This document shows positions 40,001-51,700 of a DNA stretch of 64,000 nt, piece by piece (position 1 is the stretch's first letter; each line of letters starts with the position of its first letter). A model generated the notes under the pieces. The model ran no database searches and had not been told where the DNA came from. It was given only the letters and a program-made list of their open reading frames with translations. The stretch covers positions 20,088,001 to 20,152,000 of the forward strand of contig JBITNC010000002.1 in the NCBI GenBank assembly GCA_050084985.1, read 5' to 3'. The translations under genes were made by a program, and so were the position numbers. This DNA is from Nageia nagi. Lineage: Eukaryota > Plantae > Pinophyta.

Positions 40001-43000
40001 TTTCAAACAAGAATTGCAGACCCAGCAAAAATGACAAAAAACTAGCAAAACCAAACAAACATACCTCATACAAAAATTAACAGTGGAATAAGAAAAAGAG
40101 CAGACAACACCACACAAAAAAGAAGAAAAAAATGTACAATATAGTACATTATGGTTATGACCTTTCAATTTTTTATGACAATTGGATTCTCATGGAGTTT
40201 TCATAACTCCCACATGTCTCTTGACTTGATTGAATCTCAAGGGGCATTGAGTTTTTACTTTTTTAGAAAATTGACATGTCTATTTTTTGAATAATAAATA
40301 GACATATCAATTTTCTCATAAAGTGATCAACTCTTCACTATCTTCCTTTAATCTTGACTACTGACTTTCAATTTTTGAGATTATTCTGCCACCAATAATA
40401 AAACAAGTATGGCAAATGAAATCATGGATAAGATACTAAAGTATCAATGCAAGGGTTTAACGAAATAATTGTGACACTTCATTAAAATTAGATTGTGAAG
40501 AAATTTTGGGAGTTAAAAGAATTTCCTAAAGTACATTAGACATCTATCAACAGTCATATAATGTGTGTTAGGGAAATTGTTAACAACTATTCCTAAGCTA
40601 ATAAATTCTTGGTACCGTTATATACCAGTGTAAACTCAACAAAGAAAATAAACAATCTGTAAATTCTGCTTTAACTATAGGATATTTTGTGTAAACTCAA
40701 CAAAGAAAATAAACCTGCTATATTTAGCAGGGCTTCAGTTCATCTCTTGATATTAACCACTCTCCTATGAGCAAGAAGGAAACAACTGACTAGCTTAGAG
40801 CCTAAACAAATCAATTGGCTTCTGATACCTATAAATAAATGAATGGTATTTTACACAATTTTATGTAAATTTGATGAAGCATTTGTAGTGTTTTTAGTCT
40901 ACTGAAATTTTCTTTTTACTTAGAGTTGTAATGTTGTACTGCATAGTTTGCATATGGAAGTTGTCAATCCAAAATCTCAACTGAGGAGTTAAACAAAAGG
41001 GAATCTCAAGCAAGGAATTAAATATAAGAAAAGATTAGGCATATTTACTCAATAAATTAGCAAAATGACTAGTCAAGAGGCCTGATATTAAAAAGATGTA
41101 GAAAACAAGTGCACCTACAAAGACACACTATGCATACTACAAAATTTGTCAATTTAGTGACTGCCTAACAAGGCTATGTATTTCTCAAAGACCATTCAAC
41201 AACATAGACAACCAAACTCTATACAGGAAAACCAGCATTCGACATGTTAATCAGAGGTCTTTTCTAAAGGTGTAAGAGAGAATCGCAAGGACTTACCATC
41301 GTAAAAAAATATATTTCAATTTCCCTTACATGTTACAGAGTCCGTAGAATACATGAGAAATAAACAAATTTAATGTTAATCATACATTTAAATAAAAAGG
41401 AAGATTTGGAAGGAACACAAGACCTGTCTACTTTCATAATTTTTCCATTCATGACTTGGGTCAAAAGTCTCTTTGCAGTTTCACGATCAGTACTAGGATT
41501 TCTTTCCCTGAGGCACAAAGTATAGAATAAGTTTCTAGATAGATTAAAAAAACAATCTTTCTTGAAAGGTCCAAAATCCAATCAATCACCATTAGAATAA
41601 ACTCAGCATTCCTTCCATTTATATAACACAAACTTTGAAGCTTCTTGAATAGAAAATAACAAATTTAAAATCTTGGCACATAATATTATCCGAACGAGCA
41701 GGATATCGATAGATCGATAGATCAAGATTTGTCCAAATCCATCTGGATATGTCTAAAAAATCTTAAGTAAAAATGTATAGTCTTTTTGCACTGCTACGTC
41801 ATTAAATATTTTAATTTTTAAATATACAATATAAGTTTTAAAATTAATACTTCTACTTCATGCCAATTTTTATCCCTGATTTGGATCCTTCCAAGATACA
41901 CAAAGAAACAAAGAATGAGCCACTGGAAAGTAAACACACGTCACTAACCCAGCCAAAAGAAAAAGGTAGATTGTTTCCCGTGCCTAAAGGAAGAGTTGCA
42001 ACTGGAAGTGAGTTCTCAAGTCTTAGATCGCTGATTACACCCAGTAGCCATCCTGCAGTGCCATCCCCCCCTGCAACCTATAACAATAATTTTATTAAAC
42101 ACTATGGGAAGAGAGCCTTCAATAGGAGGCAAAAGCACTCCCTCTAATCGAATATAGTGTTGTAACATGCAACAATTGCCAATAACTAATTAACAGTACA
42201 GTGCGTGCTGACAACCGATTTCCAATACTCACTATAACTCGCAAATTTGTTCTGATCTGTGCTGCAACATTATCATTCTCAACTTTCAGTCTTTCTAAAT
42301 GTCCTAGAACATCATGCAGTATCTTTTCTGGTGATTCTTCCCCCAAATCAAAGATCTGCAATACATATTACGACTGAGTTATCTGAGGGAATGCACTGGC
42401 AAATATTAATGATAAGAAAAACAAATGGCTTTTACAAGTCAGCACGCCATAATGAAATTCTGATGTAGAGGATCCAATGGTGGAGCTACTGTTCCAAATT
42501 AGACAATCTATTGGTCACATGAAACCTATATAAGACAAAAAATAATCGTGCCAATAACCTAAGGCAGGTAGTTCTTGAGGAAACTGTGGTCAAATGAATG
42601 TCTGAGACACTCAACTAATATATTTTAAGAAATTATTGAAAAATGGCATTCTGTAGGAAAGTTTGAGATTCTTATCCTGAATGCTCAGGATGTGTAGCAG
42701 AGCTGAAAACTCAATCTCAACATGAAACATACTATAAAGGGGGGAACATAAAGCAAAACTCTTGCATAGAAGATTTAGGCTTCTGGGGAACATAAAGCAA
42801 AACTCTTGCATAGAAGATGTTAAGCTTCTGCTTTACCTGAAAAGGATTCAGAAGATCACGGAACCTTTTGAGAAGTTGAACTCCTAGCTGACCACCACTC
42901 TTAGAGTTGATAAATATTAGCACAGGACATATGGGCACCTTGATTCCTTCCTCTTTTGGCTCCCCATTATTTATCAAATAATAAGTTGGAATTCGCATTT

Positions 43001-43073
43001 TGTCAATGAGTGCTTTTTCGTCAATCTCCATAGGCATTGTAGGGTGTGTGTCTCGTCTTCTTGTGCAGCTCAT
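18773..43073 (-). CDS. DGK5: Diacylglycerol kinase, plant cluster III (DGK5/DGK6-like); 12 coding exons, ~501 aa if two frameshifts are corrected (recent pseudogene, null allele or assembly error)
   Basis: Exons 43073-42837, 42355-42233, 42077-41949, 41507-41424, 38870-38747, 38439-38391, 37378-37296, 36362-36295, 27177-27103, 20119-20032, 19787-19670, 19099-18773, all GT-AG. Motifs [65 protein letters not shown]. No C1 domains. Confidence 0.93.
19670..19787 (-). CDS. DGK5: DGK exon 11 ([28 protein letters not shown] / [11 protein letters not shown]), with a +1 frameshift
   Basis: cag|AGG acceptor, CAG|gtcct donor. Length 118 nt. One extra base in the A-run at 19703-19706 gives a stop at 19695-19697. 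Confidence 0.9.
20032..20119 (-). CDS. DGK5: DGK exon 10 ([29 protein letters not shown])
   Basis: tacag|C acceptor, GAG|gtgatt donor, phases consistent. Confidence 0.93.
20790..21646 (-). mobile_element. TE-derived ORF fragment of uncertain family
   Basis: 154-aa ORF 21180-21644 with [20 protein letters not shown], reminiscent of accessory ORFs of gymnosperm retroelements. No splice link to DGK; abuts the chimeric element. Confidence 0.35.
21673..22160 (+). pseudogene. PDS5: Intronless PDS5-like (cohesin cofactor) N-terminal fragment
   Basis: [46 protein letters not shown]...RRLSILESL, then (frameshifted) [18 protein letters not shown]...[18 protein letters not shown]; matches the PDS5 N-terminal HEAT region. 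Confidence 0.85.
24152..24515 (+). pseudogene. Intronless HAD-superfamily hydrolase (HDHD3-like) fragment with the cap region deleted
   Basis: [20 protein letters not shown] (motif I), joined directly to [32 protein letters not shown] (motif II) ... ALDQL...KAVHIRNN (degenerate motif IV). Confidence 0.85.
24665..24904 (+). pseudogene. MSH5: Intronless MSH5-like MutS domain V (ATPase) fragment
   Basis: [19 protein letters not shown]...[51 protein letters not shown]; STFMxDL and SLCLxDEFGKGTL are MSH5-type. Confidence 0.85.
25156..26022 (+). repeat. LTR (867 bp) of the chimeric element
   Basis: Imperfect terminal inverted repeat tgtaatgtccc / ggggattttaca, immediately after a PPT. Confidence 0.75.
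27103..27177 (-). CDS. DGK5: DGK exon 9 ([24 protein letters not shown])
   Basis: ttacag|G acceptor, AG|gtagac donor, phase 2-2. Confidence 0.9.
28891..29314. mobile_element. hAT-type MITE (424 bp)
   Basis: TIRs catagaat-A8-cg / cg-T7-attctatg. Perfect 8-bp TSD cttgaagc at 28883-28890 and 29315-29322. Internal ccgtttt/ccgtattt subterminal repeats. Confidence 0.92.
30220..32600 (-). mobile_element. Degenerate L1-like LINE remnant in DGK intron 8
   Basis: Minus-strand [13 protein letters not shown] (endonuclease motif, ~31785-31825) upstream of [18 protein letters not shown] (post-RT region, ~30380-30430). Boundaries approximate. Confidence 0.5.
33195..34055. mobile_element. Possible degenerate non-autonomous DNA-transposon fragment
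   Basis: Clusters of gttccc/gggaac/gtcccc subterminal-like motifs at 33215-33390 and 33980-34052. TIR and TSD not resolved. Confidence 0.3.
34056..35132. mobile_element. LTR-like fragment
   Basis: Starts tgtgcggaaaa, ends gtttaca, with a TATA-like tatttaaa near the end. No matching TSD or partner found. Confidence 0.3.
35387..35517. repeat. 65-bp tandem duplication
   Basis: gctcagaaagcatcatttttca...ggtgtcag at 35387 and 35452. Confidence 0.9.
36295..36362 (-). CDS. DGK5: DGK exon 8 ([22 protein letters not shown])
   Basis: ctgcag|GGA acceptor, AG|gtacat donor. Confidence 0.92.
37296..37378 (-). CDS. DGK5: DGK exon 7 ([28 protein letters not shown])
   Basis: tttag|GC acceptor, CAG|gtaat donor. 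Confidence 0.94.
37578..38017. repeat. 205-bp tandem duplication plus a nested 30-bp duplication
   Basis: ttgaaagcaagggacaagcccc at 37606 and 37811; the 30-mer also at 37578. Confidence 0.9.
38391..38439 (-). CDS. DGK5: DGK exon 6 ([16 protein letters not shown])
   Basis: ctgtag|GAA acceptor, G|gtgaga donor. Confidence 0.94.
38747..38870 (-). CDS. DGK5: DGK exon 5 ([10 protein letters not shown]...[21 protein letters not shown])
   Basis: tttcag|T acceptor, AAG|gttggc donor. Confidence 0.93.
41424..41507 (-). CDS. DGK5: DGK exon 4 (GK / [25 protein letters not shown]), with an apparent 2-nt deletion
   Basis: ctcag|GGA acceptor, AG|gtcttg donor. 84 nt where 86 is needed; in frame it reads GGA AAG AAA TCC TAG. 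Confidence 0.88.
41949..42077 (-). CDS. DGK5: DGK exon 3 ([13 protein letters not shown]...[15 protein letters not shown]; ATP-binding motif)
   Basis: atag|GTT acceptor, TGG|gttagt donor, 129 nt. Confidence 0.95.
42233..42355 (-). CDS. DGK5: DGK exon 2 ([11 protein letters not shown]...LRVI)
   Basis: tgcag|ATC acceptor, ATA|gtgagt donor, 123 nt. Confidence 0.93.
42741..42830. repeat. 44-bp tandem duplication at the 5' end of DGK intron 1
   Basis: ggggaacataaagcaaaactcttgcatagaagat at 42741 and 42785. Confidence 0.9.
42837..43073 (-). CDS. DGK5: DGK first coding exon (MSCTRR...[15 protein letters not shown]...LLNPFQ)
   Basis: ATG at 43073, after a polypyrimidine acceptor tttag| at 43105; CAG|gtaaag donor. 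Downstream in-frame Met codons are alternative starts. Confidence 0.88.
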
Positions 43074-43589
43074 TGTTGCCTTTGTGCAGAAATCCTTCGT
43101 CTTGCTAAACCAAAAAAAAAAAGTAGCGTCATAACTAAGCTTCAACTGTACAGTAATAATAAACATATAGTAAAATTAGATAAATTAAAATAAACATAAG
43201 AAAGATAACCTTAATACAACAATGATATAGGAAATTCAATTTCTGAGATGTTAGATATACGTTTCTTCTGTTAAATCATAGGGAGACTCAGAATCTCCGA
43301 TTGTAGGTGAAAAAGATGAGAAGAAAGATAATGGATCACTAAAAATTAAATTAGAACGAGATCAATGTTTTAGTGCTAGACTCAATAAGCGTCCTCCAGT
43401 AAACAAGAACATCATGAGAAATTCAACAGGAGATGTGAGATTATAGAAAATGGAAATAAATAATGGCGAGACTCGTAATTTCTGATTGGGATCTGAAACA
43501 TTATGGGCATAGAAAATAGTTGCAGGACGAAAAAGGGCCTTCATAATAATCTCTATATTACTTGAAAAAGAAAAGTTTGGGAGATGCAC

Positions 43590-43760
43590 CTTAGCAGCCC
43601 ATCCATTATTTATACGGAATTAAGCACCGGAATACCAACTGAAGCGCTCTAGCTGCGCCAGCAACGGATCGTAAAATGGTTCTCAAGCAGTTCTGTTGTT
43701 TGCCAATTTCGCCCGCGAATTCGAACCTGTGTTGAAACGGCCAAAATCCCCCACCTTGAC
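43590..43760 (-). other. Probable DGK 5'-UTR exon
   Basis: Donor-like AAG|gtgcat at 43590, CpG-retaining sequence, and an otherwise unpaired acceptor at 43105. Upstream boundary is a guess. Confidence 0.4.
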
Positions 43761-43834
43761 TACTAGATTACAGATCAAAGAAACCAAATACTTCGCTATA
43801 TATCAAGAGCCCCACATCAATCGTGAAGGCTTAG

Positions 43835-43945
43835 AGCATAGTAGTCGTTTAGGTGTATACAGAAGTTTTTGACACTTACGCACTAAGCATGGTAGTCGTT
43901 CAGGTTTATACAGTATATAATGACACTTATGCCCTAGGCATGGTA
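43835..43945. repeat. 51-bp tandem duplication in the DGK promoter region
   Basis: agcat(a/g)gtagtcgtt...tgacactta at 43835 and 43886. Confidence 0.8.
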
Positions 43946-46900
43946 TGGTATAGTAAACATGATAGCAGTTAAATAGTTGAACAAGTTCATGTGCCTTTGC
44001 GTTTTCAATCTTGGTGATCTGAAATTTCTAAGACAGTTCAAAGAAGGATAACTTCATACAATGAGCCGTGTGAATCTACATACTCCAGTTTTGGCTCGTA
44101 GTGTTTTCAAACATTCTGTTTCTTTGCAGTAAACTTCGATGAATGGTCCTCTTTAACACAATATATAATTAAAAAAATTATGGGTTCTGGGCAGGCAAGT
44201 TTTGTTGTTTCCCGAGAGATATTCGGTCAGCAATTGCGCCACCAATGCATCAGAAACGTGTCACGCGAGCCTGCTTGGAGAATTCCTTTTTAGTTATTGC
44301 TACAACGATTGACAGCAAGAATTTAAAATCTACATCACCAGTTAATTGTACGCGTTTTGTGTGAGTTTTGGAGTTGCCAAATACCGGAAGTTGTAATGAA
44401 TGTAATAGCATTAGGTACCAACGAAACAATGGGGTAAGTCAGTGAGGTAGTCCAGTCAAATAAATAAATATTTATCAGAGTAGCGGCTGTTTACTTAGCA
44501 TGAAAATAACCTGGCGTCTGGTCACGGTCCAACAGAATAGCCTTAGAATTCACCTTACTACTAACTTTTTTTATTTCTGTTTCTTGATCTATCCATGGGA
44601 CAATGAGGCTCTATTGTATTCTTTTCATACAATTCATCTAGATTCCAGACATTGTCCAAATAGGTCATGCTTTCGATAAATTCAAAATTAATAGAAACTC
44701 ACTCAGTGAGAGGACAAAATCAAATAAAAAATGTCAGATCTACACTAGATATCCACCTGATTATTATACCCATCATGTAAATAACTAAGTGCAGATAGCC
44801 CCTCCAGAATCCAGATAGAAGAGCATAGCAACCTAGATATTTCAAATCTGGTTTGGGTTCATGAAAAACCCTCCGCCTTGGGCATTAATTCTGAACAAGT
44901 CGTGAACAATTTAACCCGAAGATCAAGTAAAGCACGTTCACACATCGCAGATGTGACGGGTAATATTCTGTTTCGGATGTGATATTTTACACAAGAAATT
45001 TATAACTGATTTTGACGCCAACGGTCGAATTCTCTTCTGAAACTTTCATGATGTTCATATCTTTTCCAATATCTATCCTATAAAGATCAGGATCCTGTTT
45101 CGCATGTCTAATTTTATTTAAGCTTCTCTGTAATCTCTAACTTGTTTAAGGTTGTCTGAAATTCCATGATCCTCATACTCGTTTGAATATCTATAAACTC
45201 CCAACTAACTGGTTGAAATCTTTACCGTTGGAAACATTAATTTTTTCACAAAAGCCGCCCTGCACACCTATACTGCATCTTGTCCAACACTTGTAAGTCT
45301 TGAGGTCCTTACAATCTACACTAGGCCTTTTGTTTAAGGTGCTCTTGAAAAGTATGACTCCATGCTTAAATTTATCAAAACTATTAGTTGCCCCCAAATC
45401 TTTAAAATCAATTTTTTTGGGCAATGATTTCGTATTAAATTTATTAAAAATTCAACATTTAAATTTAAAATAATACAAATTTTAAACAATATTAATCATG
45501 GATTTCAATACAAATAAAAAAATAATATTTAAATATATAATAAATTTATTTTTTACAATTAATGTAAATTGATAACTAAGGAATTTCAAACCCATTAATT
45601 TCAAATCGGAAAGTCTTGACATTAACATAATTTAAATCAGATGTCTGCTTTAGAGGAGTACCAAGAACACTCAACGAAAACCCTAGATTCAAATCCCTTA
45701 TCTGGGATTTACCCATATTTAAGAAAAAACGAATTCCAATAATAAATAATAATAATTATGTTTGCTGACCTGCAACTTATAACAGTATGTAAATATTTCA
45801 TTGCTATATGTTTTATGATAGAACCGCCAAATTTCTAACGGGGCACAGAAAATCAATTAAAGCAGAGCGAAAAAACGTTAATACTTTCTAATGTTAAGAT
45901 ACTGTTCGTACCTCGTCAGGTTATCCATTATTTTCGATCCAAGAAAAGTCTCCTAATCACCCTGCGGAGTAATGCAGCACCAATTCCCGTATAAAGATTA
46001 TAGTAAAAAGTAATTGGATTGGATAAGTTAGTGGAGACGTTTAGTTTGAGTAAAGAAATTGAAGTTCAAATTTGGAGGTTCGGCATCCAATAGAAAACGA
46101 GTTAATTTACGTCAAAAGGATTTACTCTCACAAAACTAGATATTATAAGGGTAAAAATGAGGACGAAAAAATTCAATTGAATAAGAAATGATGAAACGTT
46201 AACAATTCACTGAACAAAAAACAAAAAAACAAATAGATCTCTCTTATTAAATTTGATAAATGCCGTCGATGTCTCACTTTTCCGGGGTTGTAAGTGTTTC
46301 CATTTGGTTTAATTTGTTCTGTTTTCATTGTGTGGTCCATCTCGATCTAATTTATTAGAAAGGTAATAGTCAAACTAAAAATTAGTGGTACACAAATATT
46401 CGTTAACATTATTGACACGAAGTGTTCGTCGTTAATGCCATGTGATCTTTTAGATTTCACGTTTCCGACACGATACTAATTGTAAATGTACATTTATTCT
46501 TGTGCCTAATAAGAAATTGAGCCTACTAGATATTTAAAAAGGTAGCCTTACTTTTTAATTATATAATTACGTTTATGGTAATTTAGTTTTTGGAAAAGAA
46601 ATTAATCATAAAAATAAAATCAATTAATTATTAAACTAAATAAATTATGTTAAAATTATATAAAATGGAAGTTGGTACATATCAACAATTATATGTATAA
46701 CAGAAATAATATCGAAGATAACGTAAATATAATTTAAAAATTGTAAGAAAATAATTTCTTCTAGGTGTATGATCTTCATTTGATGATATACAAGATAATA
46801 GGAAAAGAATATCCCCTAGTACTTAATTGACTTCTTCTATGTAGTTTGCTTCTATAAGTATTATACTTACACTAATATTTGCAAAAAACACCTTTGTAAT

Positions 46901-48380
46901 TGTAGTAATTATATTAGGTGTAAAATAATTGTTAACACTACCATCTATAATTGAATTCTTTATTAGGTATGAAAGAATTGTTAGATTCTATGTTAAGGGA
47001 GTTAGAAGCCATGGGTGTTGAGAAATCTTAGATGTGAGAGGCCTAGGTTTGAATCTCCTTTCTATACATGTAAATAATACAAAAAAATCATGTTGAAAAG
47101 ATAATGCAAGTCCTCTATAATTTATCACCTCTTGTTAGGGGAGTTGGGAGACAAGTGAGGTGTGTAGTTACCCACATTGAAGGTCTCATGTTCAACTCTC
47201 ATGCCCTACATTAGTGATATTTAAAAATTCTTGATAGTTCCTACAAACCAATAGTTTTAAAGAACATTAAATGTTGACTTTACCTTTTTATATCTCAAAA
47301 CAATGACCATTCGAAAGATATACTAAACATCATTTAGCTAAGAAGGCATTATAATATAATCTCCAAGAAAAACTTGTTAATTAAATTAGATAGAATATAT
47401 TAAGTAAATTATAAACTTATAATGAAATATTATGCACCTTAATACAATACCCAAATAAATACAAACAATATACTTTCCATTTCCAAATCGAGAACGATCA
47501 CCTTGATTAGCAACATCCATTCATGTTTCAGCTTCTCCACCATTAACACCACCAAGATCAGTAGAGGATGCATCCATGGATTGAATCTCATTGATTGTAG
47601 AGCCAATAGTATCTATAATCATACCGCAATGTGGATAAAGGCATAGGCGGTTTACCTAACAGTATCCCTTCTAATGCCAATCGATTGATCATTTGAGGAG
47701 GATTTAAAATTCTAAAATACTGCAATTTGATGCCAAATGATAAACATTAATGCATGATGCACTAAGCAAAGTGTGCAAGCTTGAAGCTTATAGCACAACT
47801 TCCAAATAATCTATATTTTCCCCTTCAAACTCTAATTGTGAAGATTAAATTCCACTTCTTATTCCATCAAAGAAAAATATGACGACAACCACCTATACTG
47901 TATCTTAACCTTGTACCCTAAGAAAGGTGTTTTCACATGCCAGTGCTAATCTTTCCAACATGGCCATTACGAAATGATAGTAGCCTTCAACTACAACTCA
48001 TTTGGTATAGCTTCCCATAAATAATAATAATCAAATTCATATGAGTATGTAAGATGATTTTTTTTTAAGATCTAATGAGAAATCTTGAGTTTGGTAACAA
48101 ATAAGGTCTATGAGCTATGAAATTCAATAAAGATAAAATATAAAGGATAAAATAATGGAGCATAAAGCGAGGATATAACCATCTTGCTAAAAAATGATGA
48201 TCATCAAAGGTTATGAAAATTACGTGACAAATCAAATTGAATGTCAAAGTGCTCATACAACAATGTTATTTGAGTAGTTGTCAATGAGATAAGTTTATAT
48301 TTTCATGCAAAAATGAAGAAGGTAATAACACCACATTTCCTTGTTGCATGTAAAAAGTACCCATGGAATCAAATACATCT

Positions 48381-48769
48381 TGTTAGGAACTTGCAAGTTC
48401 CTAAATGGGATTCTCACCAAATAACAATGAAAACGATAGCAAAATGTATTCCAATCTCACAACACAAGCAACACAAATTTGAATAGAACAAGATAGTAAC
48501 ATAATCACTTTACTGAGTAACCAAAATTAATCACGAGCCACTTTGAGGGGCTACCTCCTTACAACTCAAACAATATATTTTCCAAGATGATAATTATTCT
48601 ATTCTCGCACATATTTATAATCTGCCTACCCTAACCCTAATCGACCATTCAATACGAAATGGTGATTTGCCTAGCAAATATGTTGGTCCCCTTACATTTA
48701 ATATAAGCCGATATTCTAATTAATTGACCATTAAAATCTAAGTAAATGTTAGGATATGGGGTCCTAACA
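48381..48769 (-). repeat. Gypsy 3' LTR (389 bp)
   Basis: tgttagga...tcctaaca; ~35 mismatches to its partner. Confidence 0.95.
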
Positions 48770-51700
48770 TGCCACCCCTTTTAAAGAGAGCTTTGTCCTC
48801 AAAGTTGAAAATTAGAAAATTGTTGTTGAAGCTGATGAAGTATCTCCCAAGTTGCATACTTAGGAGTCAATTCATGCCACTGAATAAGAACTTCACTAAT
48901 AGTGTGGTTGTGAAGTTGGTGTGTGTGTCGATTTAGAACAGCCTCAGGTTCAACCATGATGGATCCCTCCTAAGTGAATTCAGGTGTTTCAGTCTGAACT
49001 ATAGCTTAAGAGCCTAGTACTTGCTTAAGGTAGGAGACATGAAAAATAAGATGAATTTTGAACGATGTAGAGAGTGCCAACTTGTATGCTTTAGGGCCAA
49101 TATGTTGGAGTATTTTATAAGGTCCATAAAATCATGGAGCTAATTTTTGGGAACCTTTTAATTTGAGAGATGTCTATTGGTATGGTTGGAGCCGCAAGAA
49201 AACCATGTCTCCTTCTTGGAACTGCCTTTCGACCCGTTGTTGATCAACTTGTTGTTTCATCCAGTGTTGAGCCACTTGAAGATTTTCCTGAAGGATGTGA
49301 ATTATGTCTTCTCAACTAGATAAGGTGGTATCTACTAACTAGACATTAGTGCTACCTAGAATATAAGAGATGACTATGGGTAGGGGTTGGCCATACAGAG
49401 CTTCATAGGGGATCATCTTGATATAAGTATGATATGAAGTATTATACCACCATTCCACTAAGGGGAGTCATTTTACCCAATGAACCAATTGGGCTTAAGC
49501 AAAACAACGAAGATATGTTTATAAGCATTTATTAACAACCTCTATTTAACCATCAGTCTGGGGTGACAAGAGGAACTCATATTGAGTTTAGTGCCTTGAA
49601 GTTTGAAAAATTCCTACCAGAACTTGCTGGTGAATGCTGGATCATGGTCACTAACAATGGTAGAGGGCATTCCATGGAGTTTGAAAATGTTGTTAAGAAA
49701 GAGTTGGGCCACATTGACAACCTTGTATGGATGTGCCAATGAGCATAAGTGCGCATATTTGGAAAGTTGATCTACAACTACCATGATAACAGTTTTCCCA
49801 TATGATTTTGGGATACCTCTAATAAAATCCATTCCAAGTTCTCTCTGGTATGGGTAGAGTTTGAAGCAATTCTGAGGTTGCCATTGTCTCACCTTTCTAT
49901 CATTGACAAACATTGCATTCAAATACAAACTTCTTGATTTCTTGTGTCATACCTGGCCAATAAAAAGAGCAAAGCACTTACCGATAGGTTTTCAAAACCC
50001 AAAATGACCAATTGTTGGTGCAGCATGCAACTCTTGAAGTATTAACTCACAACATGAAGAGTTTATAGGCAATGCAATACGACCTTTGAATCGTAGAATT
50101 CCCTCATTCTAGGAAAAAGGGGGTTTGCTCATCAGATCTGTCTACAACTATTGAATCATTGAGTGGGTCAAACTATGCCTAGAGCCATTCTTGTTTAACC
50201 TGGTCAAGCTATTGAGGAATTGGAATTGAAAGGGCTTGAAGTGTCACAAGATCCTCAAATTTTCAAGAAAGAGCATTAGTAACTACATTCTTGCTACCCT
50301 TCCTATACACAATCTCATAATCATACCCAAGAGTTTAGGAATCTACTTTTGCTATTTTAGGATGGAGATGCGTTGTTCTATGAAGTATTTCAAACTATGG
50401 TGGTCAGTTCTATTGATAAAATGGTGGTCAATGAGGTAAGGTCTCCAATGTTGAACGACATGGATGATTGCAAGCATTTCTTTTTCATAGGTGGATTTAA
50501 CCAAATTTTTGCCTACGAGGGTCTTACTTATGAAAGCCAAGGGTCATCATTCTTGCATCAGCACAACACCAATTCCAACCTCAGAGGCATCACTCTCAAT
50601 TATGAACATCTTGGAGAAATATAGCATGGCCAATATCAAAGTATAGCACATGGCAGTCTTCAGTTGATGAAAAGATTCTTCTACAACTGTTGACCAATTG
50701 AAGGGATTCTTCTTAAGAAAAGTTGTGAGTGGGGCTACGATCTTTCCATAATCTTTCACAAACTTACGGTAGTGCCCTATCAATATGAGGAAGCCAAGTA
50801 GGCTTTTCAAGGATTTAGGAAGAGGCTAAGTTTGCATATCGTCAATCTTTAGTAGGTTCACCTTGACACCTTTTGCTAAAATAATGTGTCCAAGGTACTC
50901 GAGCTCTTATCGACCAAAGGAACATTAAAGCACTTAGCATACAACTGATTTTCATGGAGGAGTTGCAAGGTCTAGTCTAACTCGTATAAGTGATCCTCCT
51001 AAGTTTTGTTGTAAATTAAAATATCATCAAAGAAAACTAAAATAAATTTTCATAGATAAGGGCAAAATACCCGATTAATCAAAGTCTAGAAGGTGGAAGG
51101 AGCATTAGTAAGGTCGAAGGGCATTACTAAGAACTCATAATGACCTTCATGCATGTGAAAAGTAGTTTTGGGGATGTCCTCTTTGCGAAGCTAGATTTGA
51201 TGGTACCCAAATCAAAGATCTAATTTGGAAAAGTACTTAACACCATGGAGTTCATCTGATAGTTCATCAATGACCAGAATGGGAAACTTATCCTTGATGG
51301 TGATTTTCTTCAAAGCTCGAAAGTCAATGCACATCTGCCATGACCCATCTTTTTTGCAAACCAATAGATCCAGAGAAGAGTAAGGACTCACACTCGGGCG
51401 AATGATGCCATGTTCTAACATGTCTTCCATAAGCTTTTCTATTTTGTCCTTCTGTAGGCATGGGTAGTGGTAAGGCCAAATGTTGGATGGTTGACTCTTA
51501 GGAGTTAATTGAATTACATGGTCATAAAGGCAATGGGGTGGCAACCCATGAGGTGCCTCAAAGACACCAATATGGAGGGCAAGTACCCATTATAATTCCT
51601 ATACTTTTTTGTGAGTCTTGCAAGGCTAGCTGAATAGAGAATAATTATCCCACCATTCCCTTATCTTCAATAGTTTCTCCATGTGATGAGAACTAATAAT

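Noticed and set aside
40815-40835. PBS-like ttctgatacc
   Set aside because: Imperfect, with no adjacent LTR or partner.
46990-47210. tRNA/SINE-like B-box motifs (ggtttgaatc, gttcaactc)
   Set aside because: No cloverleaf, clear A-box, tail or TSD; too degenerate to call.
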